Shown in pieces: positions 19,105-28,614 of a stretch of DNA of 64,000 nucleotides. The stretch covers positions 8,110 through 72,109 of the forward strand of contig JADZEX010000026.1 of the NCBI GenBank assembly GCA_020850355.1, given 5' to 3'. The position numbers were made by a program, and so were the translations under genes. The notes under the pieces are model-generated. The model did no database searches, was not told the origin of the DNA, and saw only the letters and a program-made list of their open reading frames with translations. Position 1 is the first letter of the stretch, and each line of letters starts with the position of its first letter. Origin of the DNA: Fimbriimonadaceae bacterium (GTDB lineage: Bacteria; Armatimonadota; UBA10988).

Positions 19105-19953
19105 CTAGGGCACCAGTTCCAGCAGCCCCGCGGCCGGCTCCAGAGACAGCAAGGAGCCCAGCGTGGCGAGCGCCTCGGTCGCCTGCTCGGCGGCGTTCCT
19201 GACCGGCGCTGCGGCGAATAGTCGCTTCGTCTGCGCCTCGGCGGCGGCGGCGTTGGCTTGCCCCACGGGCACCGCGGCGACGGCCTTGTCGACCACCTTC
19301 TGCGACTTCGCCCAGTCGTCTTCGCTGGCGTCGTAGCCGCGGGCCTGCAAGATCTGCGAGGAGATCTCGTCGCGCACGCTGGCGATCTCGTCCTTGTCGG
19401 CGGCCTGCAGCAGCAGCAGCTTGCTGACCGACTCCTCGACAGTGCGCCAGTGACCGAGCAAGACCAGCCGCTGCCGGTCGCTGAGCTTCTCGGCCAGCGG
19501 CTTGAGGGCCTCCAGGCGGCTGGCCACCAGCTCGCCGATCTCGACCGGCTGCGCTTCGCCCTCGAGCAGCTCGCGGGTGCTCTCGGGCAACTTGCCGAGG
19601 ACTGCTTCCTGCTGCGCGATGCTGGTCGCCCCGGACTTCAGCATCTGCTCGGCCGCGGCGTTGAGGTCGGGCATGATCTTGGCCAAGGTCGCCAGCTCGC
19701 CAGCCACCTCGCGGCGCACGGCGACGCCGTCGGTGGCGGCCCACTCGCGCAGGGCCGCGGCCTGCTCGCGGCTCAAACCGAGCATCGCCAGCGTCTGCGC
19801 CAGCTCCGCGCGCTGCATCGCCTGGGGGATGCTGGGCTCGGCGTAGAGCCCGTTCACGGCCAGCGCCAGCTCGGCCTTCTCGCGGTTGCCACAGCCCGCC
19901 AGGGCGAATCCGCAGCACACCCACAGCACCACCCGCGCAGCGCCTCGCGGCAT
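19105..19953 (-). CDS. Alpha-helical lipoprotein of unknown function, co-transcribed with the second lepB
   Basis: Lipobox VCCGFALAGC after MPRGAARVVLW. GAGGAG SD. The rest is E/A/L/K/Q-rich helical sequence. Confidence 0.55.
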   Translation of the reverse strand: MPRGAARVVLWVCCGFALAGCGNREKAELALAVNGLYAEPSIPQAMQRAELAQTLAMLGLSREQAAALREWAATDGVAVRREVAGELATLAKIMPDLNAAAEQMLKSGATSIAQQEAVLGKLPESTRELLEGEAQPVEIGELVASRLEALKPLAEKLSDRQRLVLLGHWRTVEESVSKLLLLQAADKDEIASVRDEISSQILQARGYDASEDDWAKSQKVVDKAVAAVPVGQANAAAAEAQTKRLFAAAPVRNAAEQATEALATLGSLLSLEPAAGLLELVP

Positions 19954-20055
19954 GATCGGTCTCCTCTTGCCTCGTCCACCATTATAGCTGGCCGGCGCGG
20001 TCCTGGCACGGGCCGCGGAACTTCTCGTCAGCGGCGGAGCTTCGAACGCTGCAAG

Positions 20056-21402
20056 ATGACCTGGGAGAGGCCGATGCGTGCCCTGCTCTGCTGCTGCTGC
20101 TGTGTCGTCGCGCTCGGTGCGGCGGAGGTCGACCGCCGCGACCCGACCGCCGTCTCGACGGCGTTCCTGCAGGCGCTGCGCCAGAAAGACCTCGAGGCGC
20201 AGCTCGGCCTGGTCGTCAAAACCCCTGGCCTGGAGCCCTTCCTGCGGGTCGCCGTGGCCCAGATGACGGGCCGCGAAGGGGGCCTGCAGCTCGATGGCGC
20301 GGGCCTCGCCGAGCTGGCGCTGCTGCCGGTGGGGTGGCCGGTCGAAGTGGTCGCGCCAGCCGTGGTGACCGCCGAGACCGCCACCGTCGACCTGACGACT
20401 ACGCTGCTGGTCAAACCCAAAATGCTCCTGGCGAAGCAGGCCGACGGCACCTGGCTGGTTGACCTGGTCGCCAGCTTCAAGGCCTGCGCCGCCGGCCGCG
20501 TCAGCATGATGGCCAGCCAGGTCAGCGCGATGGCCTCGATGCGGCCCGAGATGGCCGCCCAGATCGAGGACGCGCAAGAGCAGCCCTGGCAGTGCCAGCA
20601 GAAGTTGCGCGACCTGGTCAACGCGCTGGTGGCCTATGCCGAGGAGCACGGTCAGAAGCTGCCGCTGGCGGCTGTCTGGCAGGACGAACTGCTGCCCTAC
20701 TTGGAGGATGCCAAGGCCTTCGTCTGCCCGCTCCACGAGGCCGAGGAGTGCAGCTACGCCTTCAACATCGCCCTCAGCGAAGCAAAGCTGAGCGGCAACT
20801 GGCAGGAACAAGACGCCCAACTGCTGCTCGCCTGCTGCGCCAACGACCGGCCCGACAACCCGACCTTCGCCGAGTCCGAGTTGCGGCAGATGGCCGGCCG
20901 GCACGGCCCACTGAACGTCGTGGCGACCGGCTCGCAGCAAGTCTACATGCTGCCGGGCAACACCAGCTTCAGCGATCTGCTGGCGGCCGACGCCCAGGCC
21001 ACCGCCTCGCAGGAGCGGCTCACCAACCTGGTGGCCGCGGCCAAGGCCTGGGCCAAGGCCAACGGGGGCCGGCTGCCGGCGGCGGCGACCTGGAGCGACG
21101 ACCTGGCGCCATTGCTCAAGAAGCCGTCGGACAACGGTGACCCGCTGGTGGCGCCCGGCTCGCCCGACGGCACGGTCTGCACCTACGCGCTGCGCGCCGA
21201 GCTGGCCGGCCGGCCGTTGGCGGAGCTGGTCAACCACCGCAAGCTGGTGCTGTTCTGCGAGACCGAGCCGCGCCAGCGCAACACCACGGTGGCCGCCGAC
21301 TACCGCGCTCCCGGCCAGCACCACACCCGCTGGCAGAGCAGCGGCCCGGCCTTCGCCTGGCAGGCGATGCTGAATGGCGAGGTGCGGCAGCAGGAACGCT
21401 GA
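20056..21402 (+). CDS. Secreted protein with poly-Cys signal peptide and two pseudopilin-like (DUF1559-like) repeats
   Basis: MRALLCCCCCVVALGA signal. Repeat 1 CQQKLRDLVNALVAYAEEHGQKLPLAAVWQDELLPYL...FVCP. Repeat 2 ERLTNLVAAAKAWAKANGGRLPAAATWSDDLAPLL...VCTY. No N-terminal prepilin cleavage motif. Confidence 0.5.
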   Translation: MTWERPMRALLCCCCCVVALGAAEVDRRDPTAVSTAFLQALRQKDLEAQLGLVVKTPGLEPFLRVAVAQMTGREGGLQLDGAGLAELALLPVGWPVEVVAPAVVTAETATVDLTTTLLVKPKMLLAKQADGTWLVDLVASFKACAAGRVSMMASQVSAMASMRPEMAAQIEDAQEQPWQCQQKLRDLVNALVAYAEEHGQKLPLAAVWQDELLPYLEDAKAFVCPLHEAEECSYAFNIALSEAKLSGNWQEQDAQLLLACCANDRPDNPTFAESELRQMAGRHGPLNVVATGSQQVYMLPGNTSFSDLLAADAQATASQERLTNLVAAAKAWAKANGGRLPAAATWSDDLAPLLKKPSDNGDPLVAPGSPDGTVCTYALRAELAGRPLAELVNHRKLVLFCETEPRQRNTTVAADYRAPGQHHTRWQSSGPAFAWQAMLNGEVRQQER

Positions 21403-21457
21403 TCCGACCGCCGCCGCGCCTTGACAGCGAGATCCGCGCGGTGGTAGCGTTCGTGGC

Positions 21458-23452
21458 ATGAAACGCGCACTACTGCTCGGGCTCGGTCTGTGGGTACAGG
21501 CCGTGATGGCGGTGCCACAGCCGCAGGTGATCGACAACTTCGCTGGCGGCTGGAATGGCCGGCCGGCCGGCTGGGAGTTGGTCGGCTTCGGCGCCGAGGG
21601 CACCCTCCGCCAGGTCGCCGAGGCGCCGGGCTTTCTGGCCCTGAGCTACCGCTTCAGTGAGCCTGGGGGCGTGCTCTATCTGCTCCGGCGGGCCCGTCTG
21701 CGCGAGGTGCCCTGGGGTCTCGAGGTCACCGTGCGCAGTCAGGGGGCCAAGGGCGAGCTGCTCGGGTCGCTGGTCCGCGAGGCGGCCAGCGGCCGAGTCC
21801 ACGAGTTCCGGGCCGACCCACCGCTCCGCGAGACCGGCTGGGCGACGCGCGCCATCGAACCGAAGCTGCCAGCCGACGGCGGCAAGAAAGAGTGGGAGAC
21901 CCTCGAAGGCGGCGGCGGGCTGCGCTTTGAGGGGTTCACCCTGCGGCAAGGCCCAGGCGGCGCCGCCGAAGGCACCGTCGAGTTCGACGAAGTCAACGCC
22001 CAGTGCGATGTCGAGCCGAACCAGGAAGCGATGGTCGACATCCTGCCGGCCCGCCTCGACGGCCTCTTCACGACCGCCGAGACGCCGCAGGTGGAGCTGG
22101 CGGTGTGCGCCGTCAACGGCCAGCGCACCCGGCTGGATGTCAACTGGACCGTGACCGACGGCAGCGGTGGGACCGTCGGCTCGGGGCAGCAGCAGGTCGA
22201 CGGCGTGACCGGCACTTTGACACGGGTCCCGGTCACCTTCACACCCGCCGCCGGTGGGGGCTTCTACACGGTCAAGGCCACCGCCCGCACCGCGCGCAGC
22301 GAGCGCCATGCCACCGCGCGCGTCGCCCAGGTGCCGGAAGTGCCGACCACGCCGGGACGTTTCCTGGCGGTCGACGTCGAACCGAGCGGCGCCGCCGAGG
22401 CCTGGTTCGATGTCCTGACGCTCCGCGCGCTGCAACGCGCTGGGGCCGGTTGGGCGCGCTACTTGCTGAAGTGGAGCAGCGTCGACCCGACCCAGGGCCG
22501 CGGCAACTGGGCGGCCTTCGAGCAGCTCGTGCGGGTCTCGCGGGCGGTCGGTCTGCCGCTCTGGGTGCGCGTCAGTGACCCGCCGGGGTGGGCCTTGCGG
22601 GGCGATGCCAGCGCCGCGCTGAGCGGTTACCGGCAGTTCGTCGCCGAGGCGCAGCGGCGGGCGGCGGGCCAGGTGGCCATCTGGGAGATCTGGCGCGAGC
22701 CGAACAACGGGCGCTACTGGCCGCCCGATCCCCAGCCGTTTGGCTTCCGCAGCCTCCTGGGTGAGGTCACCCGCGGCTTCGGGGAGCCGGCCCCGGTGGT
22801 GATCAACGGTGGCCTCCGCGGGTTCGATGCCGGCTTCGCCGGAGCGCTGCTGTTCCCGCCGGCGGTGGTCCCGCAGATCGCCTACGGCGTGCCGCAGTCG
22901 CGCCATGCCTTCCCGTTCGTGCCCGGTGAGAAGCGTCCCAGCGAGCTGGCCGACAAGCTGCTCAGCGACCATCGCGCCTGGCTGGCCGGGTCGGGCCGCA
23001 GCTACACCCCGGCCTGGCTGACCGATGTTGGCGTGCGCACCAGCCCGGTCGAGGAGTCGAAGACGGGCCAGGCCGTCGAGCTGGCGCGCTGCGCCATTCT
23101 GGCCAAGGCTTACGGCGGCCAGATGGCCTGGCACGCGGCCCTCGATGGCGACGATCCGCTGGCCCGGTTCGGCCTGTTGCGGCGGACCTTGGAGCCGAAG
23201 CCGGCGCTGGCCGCGTTCGCCGCGGTGGCCGCCGCGCTGCACGGCGCGAAGTACCTCGGCTCGCCAGCGGGCAACCCCAAGGCCTGGGTCTTCACCGGCC
23301 CGGCTGGCTTCGTCGCGGCCGGCTGGCAAGGGCTCTACAACCCCGGCGGCGCCAAGGCGCGAGGGGTCTACGGCCAGGAAGGCGAGGGCGGTCAGCCGAG
23401 CGGGGCGCCGCTCTACCTCAGTGGCGCCGCGGTCGCCAAGCTGCTGCAGTAA
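21458..23452 (+). CDS. Secreted glycoside-hydrolase-like protein (clan GH-A TIM barrel with N-terminal beta-sandwich/CBM-like domain)
   Basis: Signal peptide. VAIWEIWREPNNGRYW resembles the clan-A NEP acid/base strand, with Arg replacing Asn. 12 nt upstream of the sulfatase. Confidence 0.55.
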   Translation: MKRALLLGLGLWVQAVMAVPQPQVIDNFAGGWNGRPAGWELVGFGAEGTLRQVAEAPGFLALSYRFSEPGGVLYLLRRARLREVPWGLEVTVRSQGAKGELLGSLVREAASGRVHEFRADPPLRETGWATRAIEPKLPADGGKKEWETLEGGGGLRFEGFTLRQGPGGAAEGTVEFDEVNAQCDVEPNQEAMVDILPARLDGLFTTAETPQVELAVCAVNGQRTRLDVNWTVTDGSGGTVGSGQQQVDGVTGTLTRVPVTFTPAAGGGFYTVKATARTARSERHATARVAQVPEVPTTPGRFLAVDVEPSGAAEAWFDVLTLRALQRAGAGWARYLLKWSSVDPTQGRGNWAAFEQLVRVSRAVGLPLWVRVSDPPGWALRGDASAALSGYRQFVAEAQRRAAGQVAIWEIWREPNNGRYWPPDPQPFGFRSLLGEVTRGFGEPAPVVINGGLRGFDAGFAGALLFPPAVVPQIAYGVPQSRHAFPFVPGEKRPSELADKLLSDHRAWLAGSGRSYTPAWLTDVGVRTSPVEESKTGQAVELARCAILAKAYGGQMAWHAALDGDDPLARFGLLRRTLEPKPALAAFAAVAAALHGAKYLGSPAGNPKAWVFTGPAGFVAAGWQGLYNPGGAKARGVYGQEGEGGQPSGAPLYLSGAAVAKLLQ

Positions 23453-23464
23453 CGGAGTCCCGCG

Positions 23465-24805
23465 ATGCTGGACCGGCGGTCGTTCCTGCAACTGACGGCC
23501 GCCGGCGCCGGCCTCGCCGCGGCGGGCGGTCTGCGCGGCCAGGCCCCCCGGCGGCCGAACGTCGTGGTGATCGTGACCGACGACCAGGGCTCCGCCGATG
23601 TCGGGTTCCGGGGCTGCCGCGACATTCCAACGCCGCACCTGGACAGCCTGGCCGCCAACGGCGTGGTCTGCCGCCAGGCCTATGTCTCGCACCCGTTCTG
23701 CAGCCCGACCCGCGCCGGATTGCTGACGGGGCGGTACCAGCAGCGCTTCGGACACGAGAACAACCCGGCCTGGCTGCCCGCAGACACCGTCGCCGGGCTG
23801 CCCGTGGACCAGGTCACGCTGGCCGACACCCTGCGCGGCGCGGGCTACGCCACCGGCGCCGTGGGCAAGTGGCATCTCGGCGCCGCACCCTGCTTCCATC
23901 CACTGCGGCGCGGCTTCCAGGAGTACTTCGGCATCCGCGGTGGGGGGCACGACTACTTCAGGCAACAGCTCACCGGCGAGGCGCGCGAGTACCTGATCCC
24001 ACTCGACCGCAACGGCGAGTCGGTGGCCGAGACCGAGTACCTCACCGACGCCTTCAGCCGCGAGGCCGGTGCCTTCGTCGACCGGCACGCCGCGGAGCCG
24101 TTCTTCCTCTACCTGGCCTACAACGCGCCCCACACGCCCTTGCAGGCGCCGCCCGAGGATCTCGCCAGGTTCGCGGCCATCGCCGATCCGAAGCGCCGCA
24201 CCTACGCCGCGATGCTCAGCCGGGTCGACGCCGGCGTCGGTCGCCTGCTGGCCACCCTGCGCGCCCGGCAGGTGCTGCAGGACACGCTGATTGTCTACTT
24301 CTCCGACAACGGCGGCCCGCTCGGCGAGAAGGGCAACGCGTCGGGCAACGCGCCGTTGCGGGCCGGCAAGGGCTCCTGCTACGAGGGCGGTGTGCGCACC
24401 CCCTGGGCGATGCAGTGGCCAGCCCGGCTGACCGCGGGCCGGGTCTACGACCAGCCGGTGATCAGCCTCGACGTCTTCGCCACCGCCGCGGCGGCGGCCG
24501 GCGCCAAGGTGCCCCACGCCATCGATGGCGTGGACCTGTTGCCGCATCTCACCGGCGCCAACCCCGCCCCGCCGCACGAGCGGCTGCACTGGCGGAGCGG
24601 TCCCAGTTGGGCCCTGCGAGAGGGCGACTGGAAGGTGGTCAAGCCCGGCCAGGGCGCCCCGCAGCTCTTCGACCTGGCAGCCGATCCGGCCGAGTCGCGC
24701 GACCTCGCCGCCGCTCAGCCAGAACGCCTGGCCAGGCTGACCGCGACCCACGACGCCTGGAACGCCGAACTCCGGGCGCCGCTGTTTCGGAGCCCGCAGG
24801 GCTAG
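23465..24805 (+). CDS. Sulfatase (formylglycine-dependent, Tat-exported)
   Basis: Tat motif MLDRRSFLQ. CSPTRAGLLTGRY is the sulfatase C-x-P-x-R signature. Metal ligands DDQG and GKWHLG are present. Confidence 0.85.
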   Translation: MLDRRSFLQLTAAGAGLAAAGGLRGQAPRRPNVVVIVTDDQGSADVGFRGCRDIPTPHLDSLAANGVVCRQAYVSHPFCSPTRAGLLTGRYQQRFGHENNPAWLPADTVAGLPVDQVTLADTLRGAGYATGAVGKWHLGAAPCFHPLRRGFQEYFGIRGGGHDYFRQQLTGEAREYLIPLDRNGESVAETEYLTDAFSREAGAFVDRHAAEPFFLYLAYNAPHTPLQAPPEDLARFAAIADPKRRTYAAMLSRVDAGVGRLLATLRARQVLQDTLIVYFSDNGGPLGEKGNASGNAPLRAGKGSCYEGGVRTPWAMQWPARLTAGRVYDQPVISLDVFATAAAAAGAKVPHAIDGVDLLPHLTGANPAPPHERLHWRSGPSWALREGDWKVVKPGQGAPQLFDLAADPAESRDLAAAQPERLARLTATHDAWNAELRAPLFRSPQG

Positions 24806-27411
24806 TGCGCGGGCTGCGGTGCAGCCTGAGCTCGTTCCATTTCGCCGCCGCCTGCCGGCTGGCGTTCCCACTCGATCCGTCCCGCCACGGCCTCGGGCAG
24901 TGTCAGCGCATCCTCGCCGGCCGCGTGGCGAATCTCCAGGCGCAGGCCGCCGGCGGTCTGCAGGCAGTTCACCTGCTGCACCGTCGCGGCGCCCGGGCTG
25001 GGCTCCAGGACGGTCACGAAGGTCGCGGCGGCAGCGCGCTGGCGGGACAGCAGCACACTGCGCGGGGCGCCCTTGGCGGGCGTCTGAGCCAGCAGCAGCT
25101 CGCCGTCGCCCGGGTGCCAGAGCCACAGGTGCAGCCTCGCCGATCCGCTGTCGAAGCGGCCGCGGACCACCCCCGCCGGCGGCGTCGCGCGGCGCACCGC
25201 GGTCCAGTGGCGGTAGCCGAGGGCGGTCAGCGGGGTCGTCAGCGGGGTGGTCGGGGTCTCGATCGTCAGGCTGCCGAGGGCGTTCAGCGGCAGGTCGACA
25301 CAGTGCTCGCCCGGGCTGCGGACGCGCATCACGTCGACCACGTAGGGCGCTGCCACGGCCACTGTGCGGTCGAGCAGAGTATTGGGATAGGCCGTGGTAC
25401 AGGTCGTGCGGAGCACCTGGAACTGCTTGCCGGGATGCCAGCAGCGCAGTTCGCCGAAGACCCGCTGGTCGCCGCGTTCGCCGACAAAGACGCCGCTGCT
25501 GCTGCCCTGCGGTTGTTGCGACAGCTCGTCCAGGACGACGGTGTTGTGGGCCACGGTCTGCCGCGCCCAGGTGACGTGGTCGGGCTTGTCGTAGCCCCAG
25601 CTCCCGGCGTCGGCGGCGAGGATGCGGCCAGCGCCGTAGACCGTCAGGTGGAGCCGGTCGGGATGATCATGCCCGCTGCCGTACGGGCCGTAGGCGACCT
25701 GCACGGCCGGTGCCGCCGGGTCGGCCGGGTTGGCCCGCAACAGCGCGAACCCGCCGACCGGGAACAGCGAGGCACCGTTGCGGTGTTCGCCGGCCAGCCC
25801 CATGGCGCTGTCCTGGCGCAGGTCGAAGCGGCCGGCCGGGACCTCGCGGACGGCGTGCAGCAGGTCGAAGAAGGTCGCGCGGCGCCCGTCGCTCGGGGCC
25901 GCGTCGAAGCTGAGGTTGGCGACCGTCACGACGCTGCCCGGGCAGCTCACCTGCAGCGCGTCCCAGAGCGCTTCGCCGGCGCCGCCCTCCAGAAAGACGT
26001 GCAGCGTCCAGGTGCGCTGGTCACCGGGCCGGGCGTTGGCGGCGGGCGGCAGAGTCACCCGTACCGGCTGCCAGTCGCCGGCCGTCCTCAGGCTCGGCGT
26101 GTAGAGCGCCTGGTCGCCGCTGTTGAGCCGCAGATGCGCCGCGGCGCCGCCAGCGGCCAGCAGCTTGACCCAGCCGCTGACCTCGACTGGCCGGTCGGCC
26201 GGGGCCTGGAAGCGCTGGACCGCCGCGACGCGAGCCTGCTCGCCGGTCCGCAGGCGCAGCGCCTGACCCTCGCGCCCGCCGGGCACCACCTCGCCGCTGC
26301 TCTGGCCGGCGGGCTGCCAGAGGTCCCAGCCCGCCAGCCCCCGCCGCTGCTCCTGCCGCTCGCGGTGCAACAGCCAGGCGTAGCGCGGGTCGGGGTCGCG
26401 GGCGTAGGCCAGTTCGTAGATCGGATGGTACTGCAGCGCACTGGTGCCGGAGTCGCCGTACTGCTCCACGCTGCCGTCGGCGAAGCTGAGGTAGTAGGGC
26501 GCCAGCAGCCAGGAGGACAGCCGCCGCGACCCGGGCGGGCCGTACTCCTCGTGCGGCGCGGAGCCCTCGAAGGGTCCCAGCAGGCTCGGCACTGGCGTGG
26601 CCCAGAGGTCGATCCCGCTGTTGGCCGCCGCCAGCAGGACCCACTGCAGCGCCGAGGCGGTGTAGTAGGTGTAGCCGACCGACCGCTCCCAGTGGATCCC
26701 GTCGCCGAAGAAGCTGTGCTGCAACTGCTGCACCACGCCGTACAGGTAGAGCTTGCGCTGGGGCTCCCAGACTCCGTTGAGGGCCTCATCGATCAGCGCC
26801 CGATCGCCGGTCGCAAAGCCGCAGGCGGCCAGGATTGTGAGCGCCCAACTGCGCCAGTTGGAGCTGTTGGCATGGGTACACTTGTGGCCGCACTCCAGCG
26901 CCATCAGCCGCAGCAGATCGCGTTCGATCAGCTCCCGGTCGGCCGCGTTGAGCTGGTCGTAGAGCAGGTCGTAGGCGCCGGCCGCCTGCACCGCCAGCGG
27001 CCCTTCGGTGAGCGTGCCGTTGGTACTGACGCGACCGTGGCTGGGTGTCGTCGTGAGCTTCGGGTACCCCACCGCGATGGCGCGCAGCAGCCGCCCGCCG
27101 GCCGCGGCGAAGGGGGCCTCGCCGGTCACGGCCCAGGCCTCGGCACAGGCGGCCGCGGCGCTGAAGTGGCTGGCCGTGGGACTGGTCGCGGCCGGTTCGG
27201 GCGCCACCTCCAGCGCCGCCAGGCCGCGGCCACGGAGCGCGGCGACCGTGGCGATGGTGTAGGCGTCGCCGGCCGCCAGATCGCGCCGCACGCGCGCCAG
27301 ATCGGCGGCCGTGGCGAAGACCCGCGGGTGCGGCGGCAGCGTCGCCGGCAAGGGCACGCGGAACGGCGGTTGGGGGTCGGCCAGCAGCAGTACCAGCAGC
27401 AGCGCGTTCAT
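24802..27411 (-). CDS. Heparinase II/III-like polysaccharide lyase
   Basis: N-terminal alpha/alpha toroid region. C-terminal YGSGHDHPDRLHLTVYGAGRILAADAGSWGYDKPDHVTWARQTVAHNTVVLD matches the Hepar_II_III block (GHxHxD...HNT). Signal peptide present. Its stop overlaps the sulfatase stop (CTAG). Confidence 0.7.
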   Translation of the reverse strand: MNALLLVLLLADPQPPFRVPLPATLPPHPRVFATAADLARVRRDLAAGDAYTIATVAALRGRGLAALEVAPEPAATSPTASHFSAAAACAEAWAVTGEAPFAAAGGRLLRAIAVGYPKLTTTPSHGRVSTNGTLTEGPLAVQAAGAYDLLYDQLNAADRELIERDLLRLMALECGHKCTHANSSNWRSWALTILAACGFATGDRALIDEALNGVWEPQRKLYLYGVVQQLQHSFFGDGIHWERSVGYTYYTASALQWVLLAAANSGIDLWATPVPSLLGPFEGSAPHEEYGPPGSRRLSSWLLAPYYLSFADGSVEQYGDSGTSALQYHPIYELAYARDPDPRYAWLLHRERQEQRRGLAGWDLWQPAGQSSGEVVPGGREGQALRLRTGEQARVAAVQRFQAPADRPVEVSGWVKLLAAGGAAAHLRLNSGDQALYTPSLRTAGDWQPVRVTLPPAANARPGDQRTWTLHVFLEGGAGEALWDALQVSCPGSVVTVANLSFDAAPSDGRRATFFDLLHAVREVPAGRFDLRQDSAMGLAGEHRNGASLFPVGGFALLRANPADPAAPAVQVAYGPYGSGHDHPDRLHLTVYGAGRILAADAGSWGYDKPDHVTWARQTVAHNTVVLDELSQQPQGSSSGVFVGERGDQRVFGELRCWHPGKQFQVLRTTCTTAYPNTLLDRTVAVAAPYVVDVMRVRSPGEHCVDLPLNALGSLTIETPTTPLTTPLTALGYRHWTAVRRATPPAGVVRGRFDSGSARLHLWLWHPGDGELLLAQTPAKGAPRSVLLSRQRAAAATFVTVLEPSPGAATVQQVNCLQTAGGLRLEIRHAAGEDALTLPEAVAGRIEWERQPAGGGEMERAQAAPQPAH

Positions 27412-27451
27412 GCTGTCTGTTTGACCGTCACCGGGCGCGCTCCTGCGAGGT

Positions 27452-28516
27452 TCAGACCGCCGGGACGGCGTCCAGGTAGTGCAGCTCGGCCTGCCCCGCG
27501 GCGCTCTCGGGTTCGATCCCCTTGAACCGCAGCGGCGCTTCGTCGATCCCGAAGCTGTTGGCGTAGAGCGTCGCCACCGCGGCCAGCTCGGCCGGCGTCA
27601 GGGCCGGCTGGTCGCTGGCGGCGGCCAGCTCGCGGAGCTGCGCCGCGTCGTAGATGTTCGGCAGACAGCTCATCGCCAGCGGCTCGGCCAGCACGTAGAG
27701 CAGCGCCGCCTGGCCGAGGGTCAGCTCGCCGCCGCGGGTCAGGAACTCCAGTTGCGCCACCTTCTGCAAGCCGTTGAGCAGCCAACTCCGAGGCCGGTGG
27801 CGGCGGTGGTCGCCCGGCGGAAAGGTCGTCTCGGCGGTGTAGTGACCCTCCAGCAAGCCGCTGGAGTGGGGCACCCGGATCAGAAACCCGTGGCCCCAAC
27901 GGCGGGCCGCCGGGTACAGCGTCGCGCCCGGCTCCTGTTCCAGCAAGTTGTAGATCATCTGCATCCCGCAGCCCCGCTGGCGGCGGATCGCCGCGACGCC
28001 CTCGACCACCCAGCCGATCGCCGGGCCGAGCGCGGTGCCGTACCAGCGCAGCTTGCCCTCTTGGCGCAGCGCCTCCAACTCGGCGAAGGTGTCGTCGGCC
28101 AGGATGTGCTCCATCTTGACGTTGTGGAGCTGGTAGAAGTCGAGGTAGTCGGTCCCCAGCCGCTGCAGCGACTGCTCCACGGCGAACCGCAGAAAGGCCG
28201 GCGTGAAGTCCTGCGGTCGCTCGCGTTGGGCCCCGCTGCCGGGGTGGTTGTAGAGGTCGTAGCCGCCCTTGCTGGCGATCACGACCTGCTCGCGACGGTC
28301 ACCGAAAGCGTCACGTAGGATCGTCTCGCCGAGCCCGTCGCCGTAGACATCGGCGGTGTCGAACAGCGTCACCCCCAGGTCAAGCGCCTCGCGCAGCAGC
28401 GTCACGGCCGCCGCGCCCGACTGCGACTCGGGCCACCAGCCGGTGGTCAGCGTCCAGACGCCGAAGCCAATCTCGGAGACCGTCAGGTCCGTGCCTGGGA
28501 AGGTGCGGTAGCGCAT
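27452..28516 (-). CDS. Aldo/keto reductase
   Basis: MRYRTFPGTDLTVSEIGFGVW...FDTADVYGDG...IASKGGY are AKR catalytic D/Y/K/H context. Start moved to ATG 28516. Confidence 0.8.
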   Translation of the reverse strand: MRYRTFPGTDLTVSEIGFGVWTLTTGWWPESQSGAAAVTLLREALDLGVTLFDTADVYGDGLGETILRDAFGDRREQVVIASKGGYDLYNHPGSGAQRERPQDFTPAFLRFAVEQSLQRLGTDYLDFYQLHNVKMEHILADDTFAELEALRQEGKLRWYGTALGPAIGWVVEGVAAIRRQRGCGMQMIYNLLEQEPGATLYPAARRWGHGFLIRVPHSSGLLEGHYTAETTFPPGDHRRHRPRSWLLNGLQKVAQLEFLTRGGELTLGQAALLYVLAEPLAMSCLPNIYDAAQLRELAAASDQPALTPAELAAVATLYANSFGIDEAPLRFKGIEPESAAGQAELHYLDAVPAV

Positions 28517-28614
28517 TGCGGAGATCCTGGTCCATTGAAGTCTGACGCGCTGCTGGGAATCTGTCGAGAAGGAAGGTCGGGGCGGGTGGCGAACCACGGC
28601 TGCCGAGGTGTGGG

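Noticed and set aside
19028-19924. N-terminal 300-aa extension of the second signal peptidase ORF
   Set aside because: Arg/Gly-rich junk overlapping the lipoprotein gene on the same strand in another frame. The LepB homology begins only near 19080.
21470-27525. Two 1218-aa ORFs (21470-25126 minus, 23869-27525 plus) of identical length
   Set aside because: Both are Arg/Gly/Ala-rich low-complexity translations antisense to well-supported genes (GH-like, sulfatase, heparinase). They are typical stop-codon-poor antisense frames of a 70% GC genome. The equal length is coincidence.
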